Positions 27,833 through 37,899 of a stretch of 64,000 nucleotides of DNA are shown piece after piece (position 1 is the stretch's first letter; each line of letters begins with the position of its first letter). The position numbers were made by a program, and so were the translations under genes. Source of the stretch: Patescibacteria group bacterium (GTDB lineage: Bacteria; Patescibacteriota; Microgenomatia; CAYGWK01); the NCBI GenBank assembly GCA_049322615.1, contig JBMORX010000009.1:130321-194320 (forward strand), in the 5' to 3' direction. Under the pieces are notes generated by a model that searched no databases, was not told where the DNA came from, and saw only the letters and a program-made list of their open reading frames with translations.

Positions 27833-29538
27833 TGATATTTTTCCCCAAAAAGATAAAGTTTAACCTGAGTCTTTGGGTTTTGATAAAGAAGGAGTCTTGG
27901 ACCGAATTTCTCTGGTAACCTTTGATTGTCTCCAACCAAAATATGAGTAAAGTAAGTCCCAGGCAACGCGTAAGATTCATGAACATAAGGAAAATCAACA
28001 TAATAAAGATTGTGAATTCCGTAAATTAAAACTAAATCATCTTTTTTAATATTTCTTGAAAACCAACCATCAGCATCATAAAAATCACCAAAAGAAAAGT
28101 TGAGATGCTTTACCAGAAACTGAGTTTTATTCTCTTGGCCTAAAAGATAAGGCAAAAATTTTCGAGTAGCCAATCCTCGACTCCCAGTATTTAAAAGAGC
28201 AGAAAAAATGACAATTCCAAGGATTAGTTTTTCTATACCACTTTGCTTTGATTTTGCAAAGTGGTGTATACCTACCGAAGTTTTCAAATGAGAGTTTAAG
28301 ATGATCTTATGATTAAAATTACTCCCCAAAATCAAAGCTCCGTTAGGTATAACCCCTTGCAAGTTGAAAGCGAAGGGGTATAAAATCTTCTTTTGCTTAA
28401 GGTAAAAATCTAAAACAGCAAAGGTTAAAAGAGTTAAACCCGGAAGATATGGCAGGAGATAGCGATTGGAGGCAGCCGGAGCAAAGAAGGCTCCTAAAAG
28501 ACAATATAAAGCGGTGGTTTTAATTGACAATTTTTGCCTTAAGATGAAGATTAGGACCAAAGGTAAAAAAATAAGATAAACTGGAGAAATAATATCGTCT
28601 GGATGAATAGTGGCATTCCAAAGAAGAAGTGGCAACTTGCTAAGATTTTGAATAAGCCAGGGTGTAGTCCAGGATAGTCCTGGGTCGTGCGCGATCCAGG
28701 ATAATCCTGGGCCGGCTACCCTAAAAAGGACAAGCCACGGTGACGCTACCAATAATGCCAATAAGACGAATTTGACTAGTCTCTTAAATTTCTCATCCTT
28801 GCTTACCAGTAAGATCAAAATCCCAAAAGTCCCCAAAGTCCCAAAAGCTAAAATCTTAGTCGAGATTGCCAAGCCAGTTAAAATCCCCGCCTCCCAAAGA
28901 AAATTTTCTTTTTTTGTTTCAATCCATTTCAGAAATAAGTCTAAAGCCAAAATCTCAAAAAAGGTTCTGGTCAAATCTACATAAGCCGTAGTTGACTGCC
29001 AACCAACCATAAGCATGGTATAGAAAGTCAAAACCCCCAAAAGTGACAGTCTTAAACTCAAATAGCGCTTTAATAAATTAAACAAGGCGACTGCCGCCAA
29101 AATTCCAAAAGAAAAATGAATAAGCTTTGCTAAAATCTCGTTTGAAAAAAGAAGAGCGACCGTATAAAACATTTCCGTAAATCGTGGAAGATTTGCTGGC
29201 CAAAGAAGCCAACCGGGAATATAAAATATCTGATGATTTTGAACATAAAGTTTTGGAGGTGTTAGGTGGTACCACAAAGCATCAAAGGAAAGTTCTGGAG
29301 AAATCGCTCCTAAGAAATTGATTAGCACTTGAATTCCCAAAAGTCCCCAAAGACCCCAAAACCCCAAATTTACCCAGTTTAAATAATTAAAGTGCCAATT
29401 TTTTCTAATCCAGAAAAATCCAGCAACCAAAAATGGAAGAGAAACCAGAAATACTGGTAATCTATAAAGCCAACCGAGAAGTCCCAAAGCCAAGATTAAA
29501 TAAGAATAAATTCCCAAGACGATGGCTAGTCCTACCAT
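27829..29538 (-). CDS. GT39/PMT/ArnT-like polytopic glycosyltransferase-like membrane protein
   Basis: 569 aa with >12 TM helices. Carries an in-frame insertion of the palindromic CCAGGATAGTCCTGG doublet at 28664..28712 (encoding PGLSWIAHDPGLSWTT) and CCCCAAA-type low-complexity tracts. Confidence 0.5.
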   Translation of the reverse strand: MVGLAIVLGIYSYLILALGLLGWLYRLPVFLVSLPFLVAGFFWIRKNWHFNYLNWVNLGFWGLWGLLGIQVLINFLGAISPELSFDALWYHLTPPKLYVQNHQIFYIPGWLLWPANLPRFTEMFYTVALLFSNEILAKLIHFSFGILAAVALFNLLKRYLSLRLSLLGVLTFYTMLMVGWQSTTAYVDLTRTFFEILALDLFLKWIETKKENFLWEAGILTGLAISTKILAFGTLGTFGILILLVSKDEKFKRLVKFVLLALLVASPWLVLFRVAGPGLSWIAHDPGLSWTTPWLIQNLSKLPLLLWNATIHPDDIISPVYLIFLPLVLIFILRQKLSIKTTALYCLLGAFFAPAASNRYLLPYLPGLTLLTFAVLDFYLKQKKILYPFAFNLQGVIPNGALILGSNFNHKIILNSHLKTSVGIHHFAKSKQSGIEKLILGIVIFSALLNTGSRGLATRKFLPYLLGQENKTQFLVKHLNFSFGDFYDADGWFSRNIKKDDLVLIYGIHNLYYVDFPYVHESYALPGTYFTHILVGDNQRLPEKFGPRLLLYQNPKTQVKLYLFGEKYQ

Positions 29539-29647
29539 ACTCTTCCCCTTTTTCCTAACATAAGAATATACTTAATTAGCACAAATCCAACCCAAGTTAA
29601 AAAAAACAAAATTTTTAATTTTTCATTTTTAATTTTTAATTTTGTTA

Positions 29648-30418
29648 TCATTTCCACCCCGCCTCTTTTCTCCAAATGAGATAAAGTTTGCTTCTCACTA
29701 AAAACGAGTGAAAACTCATCAATAAAGCGACGATAAATCCCGGCATTCCGTCTAAAAATCCTAAGCGAAAAAAATAATTCTGAATAAATTTAGCCGGAGG
29801 CTTAAACCAATCAAAAAATGTCGTCCGTTTCCCCTCATCATAAAAAGCCCAGGCGTTAAGAGTTGAGAGAAAATTAATACTTCCTAAAAATTCAGTCAAG
29901 GTTTGATGAGGGTAATGGCTCAGAGGATTTTCCATAGTCGCTGTTTCGCCCCTAATTTCCCAAACCTCATCCACTGTCCTTCTCCACTCCCCTGCCCCTT
30001 TTTTCCCAAGCCTCAAAAGTCTAACACCAGCCGTTTCCCCATGTTTTAGTGTTCTTCCCCAGATTTTATCTTCTCGTCTTAGGTAAAACCCAGAATATTT
30101 ACTCTTTGATGTTTGCTTTTTAATTTCAGCCCAAAGTGCCGCCGAGACTCGTTCATCGGCATCAACAAACAGAACCCATTCTCCGCTGGCTTTGTTTAAA
30201 CCAAAATTCCTCTGGCTAGAAAAATCGCAATTTAGGTGTCTTTTGAAAATTTTTATATTACTTCGTTCTTCTTTCTCCACCATTTCCACTATTTTCAAGG
30301 TGCTATCCTCTGAATAATCATCTACAATCACTATTTCATCGGCCCATTTCAAGGTCTTCAAACACTCCCCAATATTCTTCTCCTCGTTTTTAGTAAGAAT
30401 AACTGCTGTGAGCGCCAT
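29648..30418 (-). CDS. family 2 glycosyltransferase
   Basis: AVILTKNEEKNIGECLKTLKWADEIVIVDDYSEDST is the GT2 N-terminal DxD-containing core. Confidence 0.85.
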   Translation of the reverse strand: MALTAVILTKNEEKNIGECLKTLKWADEIVIVDDYSEDSTLKIVEMVEKEERSNIKIFKRHLNCDFSSQRNFGLNKASGEWVLFVDADERVSAALWAEIKKQTSKSKYSGFYLRREDKIWGRTLKHGETAGVRLLRLGKKGAGEWRRTVDEVWEIRGETATMENPLSHYPHQTLTEFLGSINFLSTLNAWAFYDEGKRTTFFDWFKPPAKFIQNYFFRLGFLDGMPGFIVALLMSFHSFLVRSKLYLIWRKEAGWK

Positions 30419-30548
30419 ATCTGTATTATTTCATTTTTAAGATGCAACGACAAGAGCTACACTCCTTTGTGAACTATTTCATGGATGCACCTGAAAATAA
30501 TTTTCCCTCTTGACAAACGGCTTCTCATTATTTAGTCTTAAAAATAAG

Positions 30549-32817
30549 ATGAAGAAACTGTCCATCTTCATTTTTTTTATTTTTACTCTCTCTTTTATTC
30601 CCCAAAACTGCGCTAGCTGATACCCTTCTGCATGATGATTTCAACGATGGAAACGCCAACGGATGGGAAGAACATTTAGGAAGTGGTGGTTCATGGTCGG
30701 TACAAAACGGAGAATATCGGGGAACAGCAATTAAAAATACACCCGAATATTTGCCTACTTATTCAGTTATAGGAGATGAAAACTGGAATGATTATCGATT
30801 TAACGTAAAAATTTATGGAGAAGCTGGCATCGACAAGACTGTATTATTCAGATATCACTCAATGCAAAAAACTTACAGGTTAGCAGTAATTAGTTCATGG
30901 CCCGACTGGTATGGGGATGAAATTTTTTTAACAAAACAATTTCCTAACCCGATAATTGTTGCAGGTGTAAAATTCGTTAACCAACAACAAAAATGGTATC
31001 AACTCTCAATAGAATTACAAGGACAAAACATTAAAGTCTTTATAGATAATTCTGAAACCCCCTTGCTTGAGTATAATGATGGAGAAAATCCAATTTTAAC
31101 AGGGAAAATAGGAGTATTAACCGAACCAGGTTCTTATGGCGGCTATGGTAGTGTAACAATTAACCGATTTGACGATGTCCTTGTTACCTCCCTTGAACCC
31201 TCGCCTACTCCCACTCCAACCATGACCCCAACCCCCACTCCTCTCCCGCCTCTTGTCCTCCTCCCTGGTCTTGGGGCGAGTTGGAATCACGAGGCGATGA
31301 TTTTAGACCAACCAAGAGAGCCAGAAGATTGGTACATGACTCCAGGAGTTAAAGTTTATGACGGTTTGATACAAACTCTTGAAAACGCTGGTTATGTTCT
31401 TGGCGAAAATCTTTTTATCTTTAATTACGATTGGCGAAAACCGGTGGAAGAAATTGCTAACGACCTAAAAGTTTATATTGGCAGACATCCGCCACCACCA
31501 AGTGGAAAAATTGATCTTGTCGGCCATAGTTTAGGCGGGCTAGTCGCCAGAACTTATGTTCAAGAGAATCCAGGAAACCAAATCGACCAGCTGATCACGG
31601 CTGGTTCGCCCCATAAAGGAACGGTTAAAACTTATTATCTCTGGGAGGGAGCGGAATTAAATAAAGCCCTATCAGGTTGGCAAAGAATCGGAGCGGGAAT
31701 CTTGCTTCAACTCAAAAAGAAAAATTTTGAAAATAATGTTGAAACCATAAAACAGGCTGTCCCGGTTCTAAAAAACCTTCTCCCAACATTTTCTTATCTT
31801 AGAGAAGATGGAACAGAAAAACCGCTTGAGGAAATGGACGAAAGAAATACGTGGCTTGAGAATTTAAATAATCTTCCCTTACCTGAACCGTTGCTCCAAG
31901 TCCTCAATACCTTCGTTGGCGTTAAGGAAAATAGCACTCTTCGCTTTATTAATGTCCAAGATAGAAACGAACTTGACCGACTTTTAGGTAAATGGGTTGA
32001 TGGAAAACCGGTTAGTGAAGAAAATGCTACCGGAGACGACACGGTTTTAGATTTTAGTGCCAGTCTTGATAACGCGGCAAATGTTGTCAATCTCCCTGGT
32101 CTTGACCATGGCGATTTAGTGGAAACTGTTGAAGGTCAACAAAAAATTATGGAAGTTTTAGGTCTTTCACCATCTGAAATTATCCCGGCCCCAGAAATAA
32201 CCTATGAACCCTCTTTGGTCTTTGAAATTGCCTCTCCTGCTAACCTCACCGTTTTTGACCCAAATAACCAGTTAGTTGCCGAAAATCAAAAATTAGTTTT
32301 TGTCTCAAGCCCAATTCCAGGAAATTACAGAATTGAAGTAAATCAAGAAGGTTTGGGTGGTCACTACCGACTTTTGGTTGGTAGAATAAACTCAAGTGGT
32401 GATATTTGGACCGAAGAGGAAGGAGAGACAAGCCCTACTCAACCTCAAACTCATATAATTTCATATAATCCTGACCCTCTGCAATCAAAGCTGCAACTAG
32501 CGATTTTAGCCAGGGATAAATTAAATGAGGCAAAAGACAAGGCTCAAGGCTTAAAAAGACCTCTAAAAATTTTACTTGCCGCCGCAATTGAAAAAAGAAT
32601 CAAGGAAGTAGATAGAATTATTTTCCTTTTAAATCAGGGAAAGAAAGACCGAGCTCAAACAAAAATCCGAGAGGCGATTTTTAGTATTTCCATCCTTGAG
32701 AAAAATTTTAAATTCTTGGCAAAACTTTATAAACTGACCCCAGAAAACCAAGAGGAGTTTAGGATTCTTTTCCGCCAGGCAAAAGATTACCTTGTCCAAG
32801 CCTACGAATTAAAATAG
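30549..32817 (+). CDS. secreted alpha/beta-hydrolase (lipase/LCAT/PGAP1-like, GHSLGG) with N-terminal lectin-like beta-sandwich domain and Pro/Thr linker; frameshifted in a T8 tract in the signal peptide
   Basis: The ATG at 30549 encodes MKKLSIFIFFIFTLSFIPQNCAS*. With one T fewer in the T8 run (30571..30578) it reads MKKLSIFIFLFLLSLLFPKTALA|DTLLHDDF..., continuous with the 688-aa ORF (annotated TTG start at 30751). The nucleophile-elbow GHSLGG motif and a PSPTPTPTMTPTPTP linker are present. Confidence 0.6.
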
Positions 32818-32860
32818 AAAGTCTACCTGGTATTCTCAACAAATATTTTTAAGCCCGCCA

Positions 32861-32899
32861 ATTGACAAAATTATACACGTGTACAAATTTGTCAATACT
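32861..32899. promoter_or_regulatory. 36-bp near-perfect palindrome ATTGACAAAATTATACACGTGTACAAATTTGTCAAT, downstream flank of PaaX-like gene 2
   Basis: Core TACACGTGTA with outer TTGACAAA/TTTGTCAA arms. Confidence 0.5.
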
Positions 32900-32916
32900 G
32901 GGATTATCTACTTGAA

Positions 32917-33600
32917 CTATATACCAAAATATTCGCGAAAAACTCTGTCGTTTTCAATTTTGTTGACTACCAAAACCTTAACAAACTCTGAAACGCCAAG
33001 GTATTCCCGAAGAAACTCTACCTCATTAAGACATGGATAAGCATGGATATAAAGACTCTCATGAAATCGATAAAAACCTAACCTAGTCAGGAAATCTCTC
33101 ATTAAATTGCGCAACCAATCTCTACCCTTAGGTATATCGTATGTCACAAAATACCACCTACCATCCCATACTTTTGGCTTTCTCAGCTCTAGCTCGTCAA
33201 TGGCGTATTTTAAAACTCTTTTTCTTCCCCTGTCGGTTATCTTAATAATTTGATATTTTCCCTTGCTAATAATTTCTACCAACTTTTGTCTCTCAAGTCT
33301 TTTGATAGTCCTCGCAAGGAAAGTTGGATTAAAAATTTTCCATTTATTTACATCCGGATATTCCTCTTTTTCAATAAAATCCTTTAAACCCAAAGACAAT
33401 CCAGGCGCAATAAACGAAGCCGCCAACATCGTGCCTCCTGCCAGGATCGTTAAAACCTCTTTAACCTTAGCGTACTGCCTTTTTCTCTCTTCAGAAGAAA
33501 ATTTTTTCTCAAGAGACCCGGCGATATATTCAATGTTTTTGATAGGAATTTCTAATTGGTCTATCCTAGTAGTTTTTTTCTTTCTAGGTTTAATTCTCAT
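32917..33600 (-). CDS. PaaX-family transcriptional regulator-like protein (paralog 2)
   Basis: WDGRWYFVTYDIPKGRDWLRNLMRDFLTRLGFYRFHESLYIHAYP is the same PaaX C-terminal pattern as gene 5837..6601. Start set at the ATG 13 bp downstream of the GAACACGTGTTC palindrome. Confidence 0.6.
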   Translation of the reverse strand: MRIKPRKKKTTRIDQLEIPIKNIEYIAGSLEKKFSSEERKRQYAKVKEVLTILAGGTMLAASFIAPGLSLGLKDFIEKEEYPDVNKWKIFNPTFLARTIKRLERQKLVEIISKGKYQIIKITDRGRKRVLKYAIDELELRKPKVWDGRWYFVTYDIPKGRDWLRNLMRDFLTRLGFYRFHESLYIHAYPCLNEVEFLREYLGVSEFVKVLVVNKIENDRVFREYFGI

Positions 33601-33612
33601 ATTACCAAAATA

Positions 33613-33640
33613 GAACACGTGTTCAATTTTGTCAATATGA
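33613..33640. promoter_or_regulatory. palindrome GAACACGTGTTC plus TTTTGTCAATA, upstream flank of PaaX-like gene 2
   Basis: 12-bp perfect palindrome. Shares the ACACGTGT core and TTTGTCAATA arm with the site at 32861..32899. Confidence 0.5.
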
Positions 33641-33726
33641 TTACGAACTCGTCTAAGATTCTAAGATTTTTGATAGAAGATGATTTGGTAGAAGATAATT
33701 TCATCCAAGCCTAGGAGCTAGAATAA

Positions 33727-34239
33727 TTATTTTTCACACAACTTTTTGCCCGATATTTCTTCTAGTGTGCTTACAACCTTTTGTCTTTCTTCCTCGCCTG
33801 TTTCTTCTTTCACACAATCCATAATGTAACTAACCACTTCTTTTTCTGATTCAAAAAACATTCCTTTCATCCATTCTGGATCAAATTCTCTTTGCAAAGT
33901 CTCCTGCCATGCTCTTTTTACTTCATCTGATACAGAAAGCTCGTATCGGAGGGAAGTTTTGATCCCATGAATCACATCAATCATTGTTAACCCGCGACCG
34001 CCTAATAACTCTAACCGTTCCGGTTTTTCTGGAAAACCCACCGGAGCAACCACCCCATTCCCGGTTAAAATATAGCAATCGGTGTTGTAACAACCAAGCA
34101 GCGGCGGGAAATAAAAATCCTTATGAAGCTCCACGAAATGAAGAGATTTCTCGTCTTTAATTTCTGGGCGAGGGGCACCTTTCGGAATAAAAATATCAAC
34201 ATCACGAGCAAGATTTTTCCCGAAAATTTTATCTAACAC
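33727..34239 (-). CDS. hypothetical protein
   Basis: 170-aa ORF with protein-like composition. No family recognised. Confidence 0.35.
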   Translation of the reverse strand: MLDKIFGKNLARDVDIFIPKGAPRPEIKDEKSLHFVELHKDFYFPPLLGCYNTDCYILTGNGVVAPVGFPEKPERLELLGGRGLTMIDVIHGIKTSLRYELSVSDEVKRAWQETLQREFDPEWMKGMFFESEKEVVSYIMDCVKEETGEEERQKVVSTLEEISGKKLCEK

Positions 34240-34253
34240 AATGGTATTGGCAC

Positions 34254-35652
34254 TTATCTTCTAGTAACCTCAACAGCGGTAGATTCAAATTCGAAAATTT
34301 CGCCTTTGGGATTGAACATAAAGACATCACTTTTGGGCTCATAAATAGTGTAATTCAAATCTTGATTGTCCTTTTCAACCCTTCCTCCCAACCAAAAAAC
34401 AAGATATTCATAATTTTGGTTAGTCGCAGGATAAATATCAAGTTGCCCTTTTCTTTTTAAGGCAAAAGGTTTGCCTGAAGCATCTTCTATAATAAATCTT
34501 GCCACTTTCATCCTTTCTCTGATTGGAATTGAGTAACGCCAGAGAAAATAATCATTTTTTATAAGAAAATGAGTATTTGCAACAAGCAAGAATCCTAAAA
34601 GGGCCAAAACAGGTAGAAGCAGTCTCCTTTTTGTTTCTAATAATTGCCCAAGGCTTAAAGAGACAAAAATAGCTGGAGTAGAATAAACAATCCCAAATGA
34701 ATGCTCAGAAGAAACTTTTTTAAGGAAAAGACCAGCCAAAGAAAAAGTTAACCAACAAACTAAAAACTTACCTTCTTTACTTTTTATAGCCTTAAGCACT
34801 CCCAAAGAAAAAACAATGAACCAAAAAATACTAAAATAGTGGCTGAAAGGAGTAGTGAGTTTTTCAAAAATTTCCCAAAAAAGAAGTGGATTCGTAAATC
34901 CGCCACTTGGAGACGCCCAGCCGAGAGCAAGTTTTCGCTCAATTAGACCAGGAAATCTCTTAAAAATTTGCTCCCAGCCAAGAAAAAAGAAACCAAATAA
35001 CAAAAAACCGCTGAGGGAGATTATCAAGATTTTAGAAAGAGCAAAAACGTTCTTCTTCTTTAGGTCATAGAGGAAAAATCCGGAAAAGAATAGTGGAACC
35101 AAAAGTATAGCCGAAAGATTAAGTTGGAGGGCGATAAAAAGGCTAAACATTACTAGCCAAATAAACAGTCTTTCTCCTTTAAAAAATTTGAGGCTTGCAA
35201 AAATAAATAATAAGCCAAAAAATGGCAGGGGTGAAGGCTCAAGAGAGATTCTGCTTTGAATTATTGCCAAAGGAGAACCTGCATATAAAAAAGCAGCCAA
35301 AAGACCCACTCCCTCGCTGAAAAAATCTCTCCCTATTCTGTAAACCAAATAAATTGTTAAAACCCCAAAAAGAGAAGTTAAAATTGCCGGGGCAACTGGA
35401 TTTAAATTTCCGAGGAGAAGAGGAGCTGCAATCAGATAGTAAAAAAATGGACCAAGGTAAACTCCTGGAATGCTTGTCTGTGGTCCAATAAGCGGAAATT
35501 GTCCATTTCTAATTATCGCCGCTGCTTCAAGATACGCTCTTCCTTGATCACCAGTAAAAACTAAAAGCTTATCAATTTCGTTTAGCCTTAAAAATAGACC
35601 GACAAGTAAAATTAAAAGAATCAAGAGCTTATTCTGTTTTGTGATAAGTTTC
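34254..35652 (-). CDS. GT39/ArnT-like polytopic glycosyltransferase-like membrane protein
   Basis: ~12 TM helices. Start trimmed to a TTG after an AGGGGA RBS, because the longer ORF overlaps tRNA-Val. Confidence 0.5.
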
Positions 35653-35669
35653 AAAGGAATCCCCTGCTG

Positions 35670-35741
35670 TGGACCCGGATGGATTCGAACCATCGACCTT
35701 TCGGATGTGAACCGAACGCTCTACCCCTGAGCCACGAGTCC
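35670..35741 (-). tRNA. tRNA-Val (CAC)
   Basis: Minus-strand cloverleaf: acceptor GGACTCG/CGGGTCC, D-arm GCTC-AGGGGTA-GAGC, anticodon loop TTCACAT, T-loop TTCGAAT. Confidence 0.85.
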
Positions 35742-35803
35742 GGAAATATTATATCAATTTCCCTCTTGCATGACAATCTTTTTTCCCTTTATAATGAAAA
35801 GAT

Positions 35804-36382
35804 ATGAAAGAGTTGGTTCGTAAACTTGGCTCATTTTTTTTAGATATTATCCAAACAGTTGTCTTGGCTCTTTCGATTTTTGTCATCTCCTATCTTTTCT
35901 TATTCCAGCCCCACCAAGTTCGGGGAAATTCAATGTATCAAAACTTTCACGACCAGGAATTCTTGCTGACCGATAAAGTCTCCTATAGGTTTGGAAAGCC
36001 CCAAAGGGGAGACGTAGTTATTTTTAAGGCTCCCCCTTCTGAGCCCTGTGCCGAGACCGAATGTGAGTATATAAAAAGAGTCATTGGTCTACCCGGTGAA
36101 AAGGTCAGAATTTCTGAAGGCTCAATCTTTATAAATGACCAAAAATTAAACGAAGACTATCTTCCCTCTGCCCTCAAAACCCAACCAGGAAGCTTTTTTC
36201 GTGATGGAAAAACAATAACCCTTTCCCAAGATGAATATTTTGTCGCCGGCGATAATCGTCTTCATTCTCGTGATGGCCGAGAATTTGGACCAATTAAAAG
36301 GGAGGCAATAATTGGTAAAGCCTGGTTCAGATACTGGCCAATCTCGCGATTAGGGCTTATTCCTAAGGCAAAATTCCACTAA
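35804..36382 (+). CDS. lepB: signal peptidase I
   Basis: S26 motifs GNSMYQNF (Ser box), RGDVVIF and GDNRLHSRDGR. Confidence 0.85.
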   Translation: MKELVRKLGSFFLDIIQTVVLALSIFVISYLFLFQPHQVRGNSMYQNFHDQEFLLTDKVSYRFGKPQRGDVVIFKAPPSEPCAETECEYIKRVIGLPGEKVRISEGSIFINDQKLNEDYLPSALKTQPGSFFRDGKTITLSQDEYFVAGDNRLHSRDGREFGPIKREAIIGKAWFRYWPISRLGLIPKAKFH

Positions 36383-37209
36383 GGCTGGCAAATTCCCTTA
36401 TAAATTTTTTGAAGCCTTTCTTCCGTCTCCTCAAGGTCTCCTTTAAGAACAAGATTTAGTCTCGTCTCCGCCCGAGAACGCGTTAGCTTAACTCGATTCT
36501 TTTCCGGTCCGCCTAAGACTTTCTCAATCTCATCCCGCATCCGGTCAATATCTTCATGAACAATTTTTAAGATTTGTTTCTTTGCTCTCGGTGGCTGACC
36601 AACCTCAGCTTTCATTCTTCTGGCTAAATCCTCGGCTCTTCTGACTGACCCTGATTCGCGCAGAACAACTTTGTAAGCCTCAATCATTACCTTTGGGTCA
36701 TCAATCGCCGCCAAAGCCCGAGCATGACCTTCGGTTATAAGTCCAGATAAAAGACCATCTTTTAAGGCATCAGGTAAGGTTAAAAGACGGAGAGAATTGG
36801 AAACATAAGCCTGACTTTTACCAATTCTTCTGGCAATTTCTGAAGTTGGCAAACTAAATTCTTCAACCAATCGCTGGAAGGCTTTAGCTCGCTCCAAGGG
36901 GTTTAAATCAATTCTTTGAACATTTTCAACCAAAGCCATCTCAAGCATCCCCCGTGGAGTCGTCTCTTTAATGATTGCTGGAACCGTTAGGAGCCCGGCA
37001 ATCTTAGCCGCTCGCCAACGTCTTTCTCCGGCAACTATCTGATATCCGGCTGGGGTTTTTGCGACTACTAATGGCTCCAAAATCCCGTGTTCTTTAATAG
37101 AGTCCACCAAATCAACCAATGATTCGGGAGAAATCATTCCTCTTGGTTGGAGGGGATTTCCTTGGAGTTCCTCAACTGGGATTTGGATAACTTGTTGATT
37201 TTCTTCCAT
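36379..37209 (-). CDS. parB: chromosome partitioning protein ParB/Spo0J
   Basis: ParB N-terminal domain (GILEPLVV...GERRWRAAKIAGL) with HTH. Confidence 0.85.
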   Translation of the reverse strand: MEENQQVIQIPVEELQGNPLQPRGMISPESLVDLVDSIKEHGILEPLVVAKTPAGYQIVAGERRWRAAKIAGLLTVPAIIKETTPRGMLEMALVENVQRIDLNPLERAKAFQRLVEEFSLPTSEIARRIGKSQAYVSNSLRLLTLPDALKDGLLSGLITEGHARALAAIDDPKVMIEAYKVVLRESGSVRRAEDLARRMKAEVGQPPRAKKQILKIVHEDIDRMRDEIEKVLGGPEKNRVKLTRSRAETRLNLVLKGDLEETEERLQKIYKGICQP

Positions 37210-37212
37210 GTC

Positions 37213-37467
37213 TTAAGACTTAGGCTTTACCAAAACCATTTGCTCGCCATGCCGTTTTTTAAATTCGACTACTCCTTTTTTAAGAGCAAAAAGAGTAAAA
37301 TCTCGTCCTTTACCTACGCCTTCTCCTGGATGAAACTTAGTTCCTCTTTGACGGACAATAATTTGACCAATACCAACTTCTCCTCCCTCAAAAATTTTGA
37401 CTCCTAAGCGTTTGCCCGGTCGGGTTGTTTTTTGTCTTACTTTTCCACCAGCTTTAGTTTTTGCCAT
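37213..37467 (-). CDS. rpmA: 50S ribosomal protein L27
   Basis: [24 protein letters not shown]...[11 protein letters not shown] matches L27. Confidence 0.9.
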   Translation of the reverse strand: MAKTKAGGKVRQKTTRPGKRLGVKIFEGGEVGIGQIIVRQRGTKFHPGEGVGKGRDFTLFALKKGVVEFKKRHGEQMVLVKPKS

Positions 37468-37538
37468 ATTGAGCACCAGTCTAAACTATTTTTTCACGGA
37501 CGTCAAGACTATCAAACTGTATCACCACGGAGACGGGT

Positions 37539-37874
37539 TTAAGAAGTTTTCTGCGCTTTGGCGGTTTCAATTTTTTCTATTCGGATTCTCGTCAAGGCGG
37601 CTCTAAATCCTTTTACCTTTCGATATCTTGATTTCGCCTTAAATCTCGCCACTCTTATTTTTTCTGCCTTAAAATGGGAAAGGATTTTCGCCTTAACTGT
37701 TACACCAGAAACCTGTGGTTGACCGATTTTCACCCCTGCCTCGGACACAAGCAGTAAAACTTCAGGAAATTCAATCTCTTCCCCTTCTTTTTGGGGAAGC
37801 CTTAAAACTTCAATCTCATCTCCCTCGCTTACTTTATATTGACTGCCGCCAATTTTTACAACCGCGTATTTCAT
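37539..37874 (-). CDS. rplU: 50S ribosomal protein L21
   Basis: MKYAVVKIGGSQYKVSEGDEIEV matches L21. Confidence 0.9.
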   Translation of the reverse strand: MKYAVVKIGGSQYKVSEGDEIEVLRLPQKEGEEIEFPEVLLLVSEAGVKIGQPQVSGVTVKAKILSHFKAEKIRVARFKAKSRYRKVKGFRAALTRIRIEKIETAKAQKTS

Positions 37875-37899
37875 ATAAAAGGTGATTATATCTTAATAT

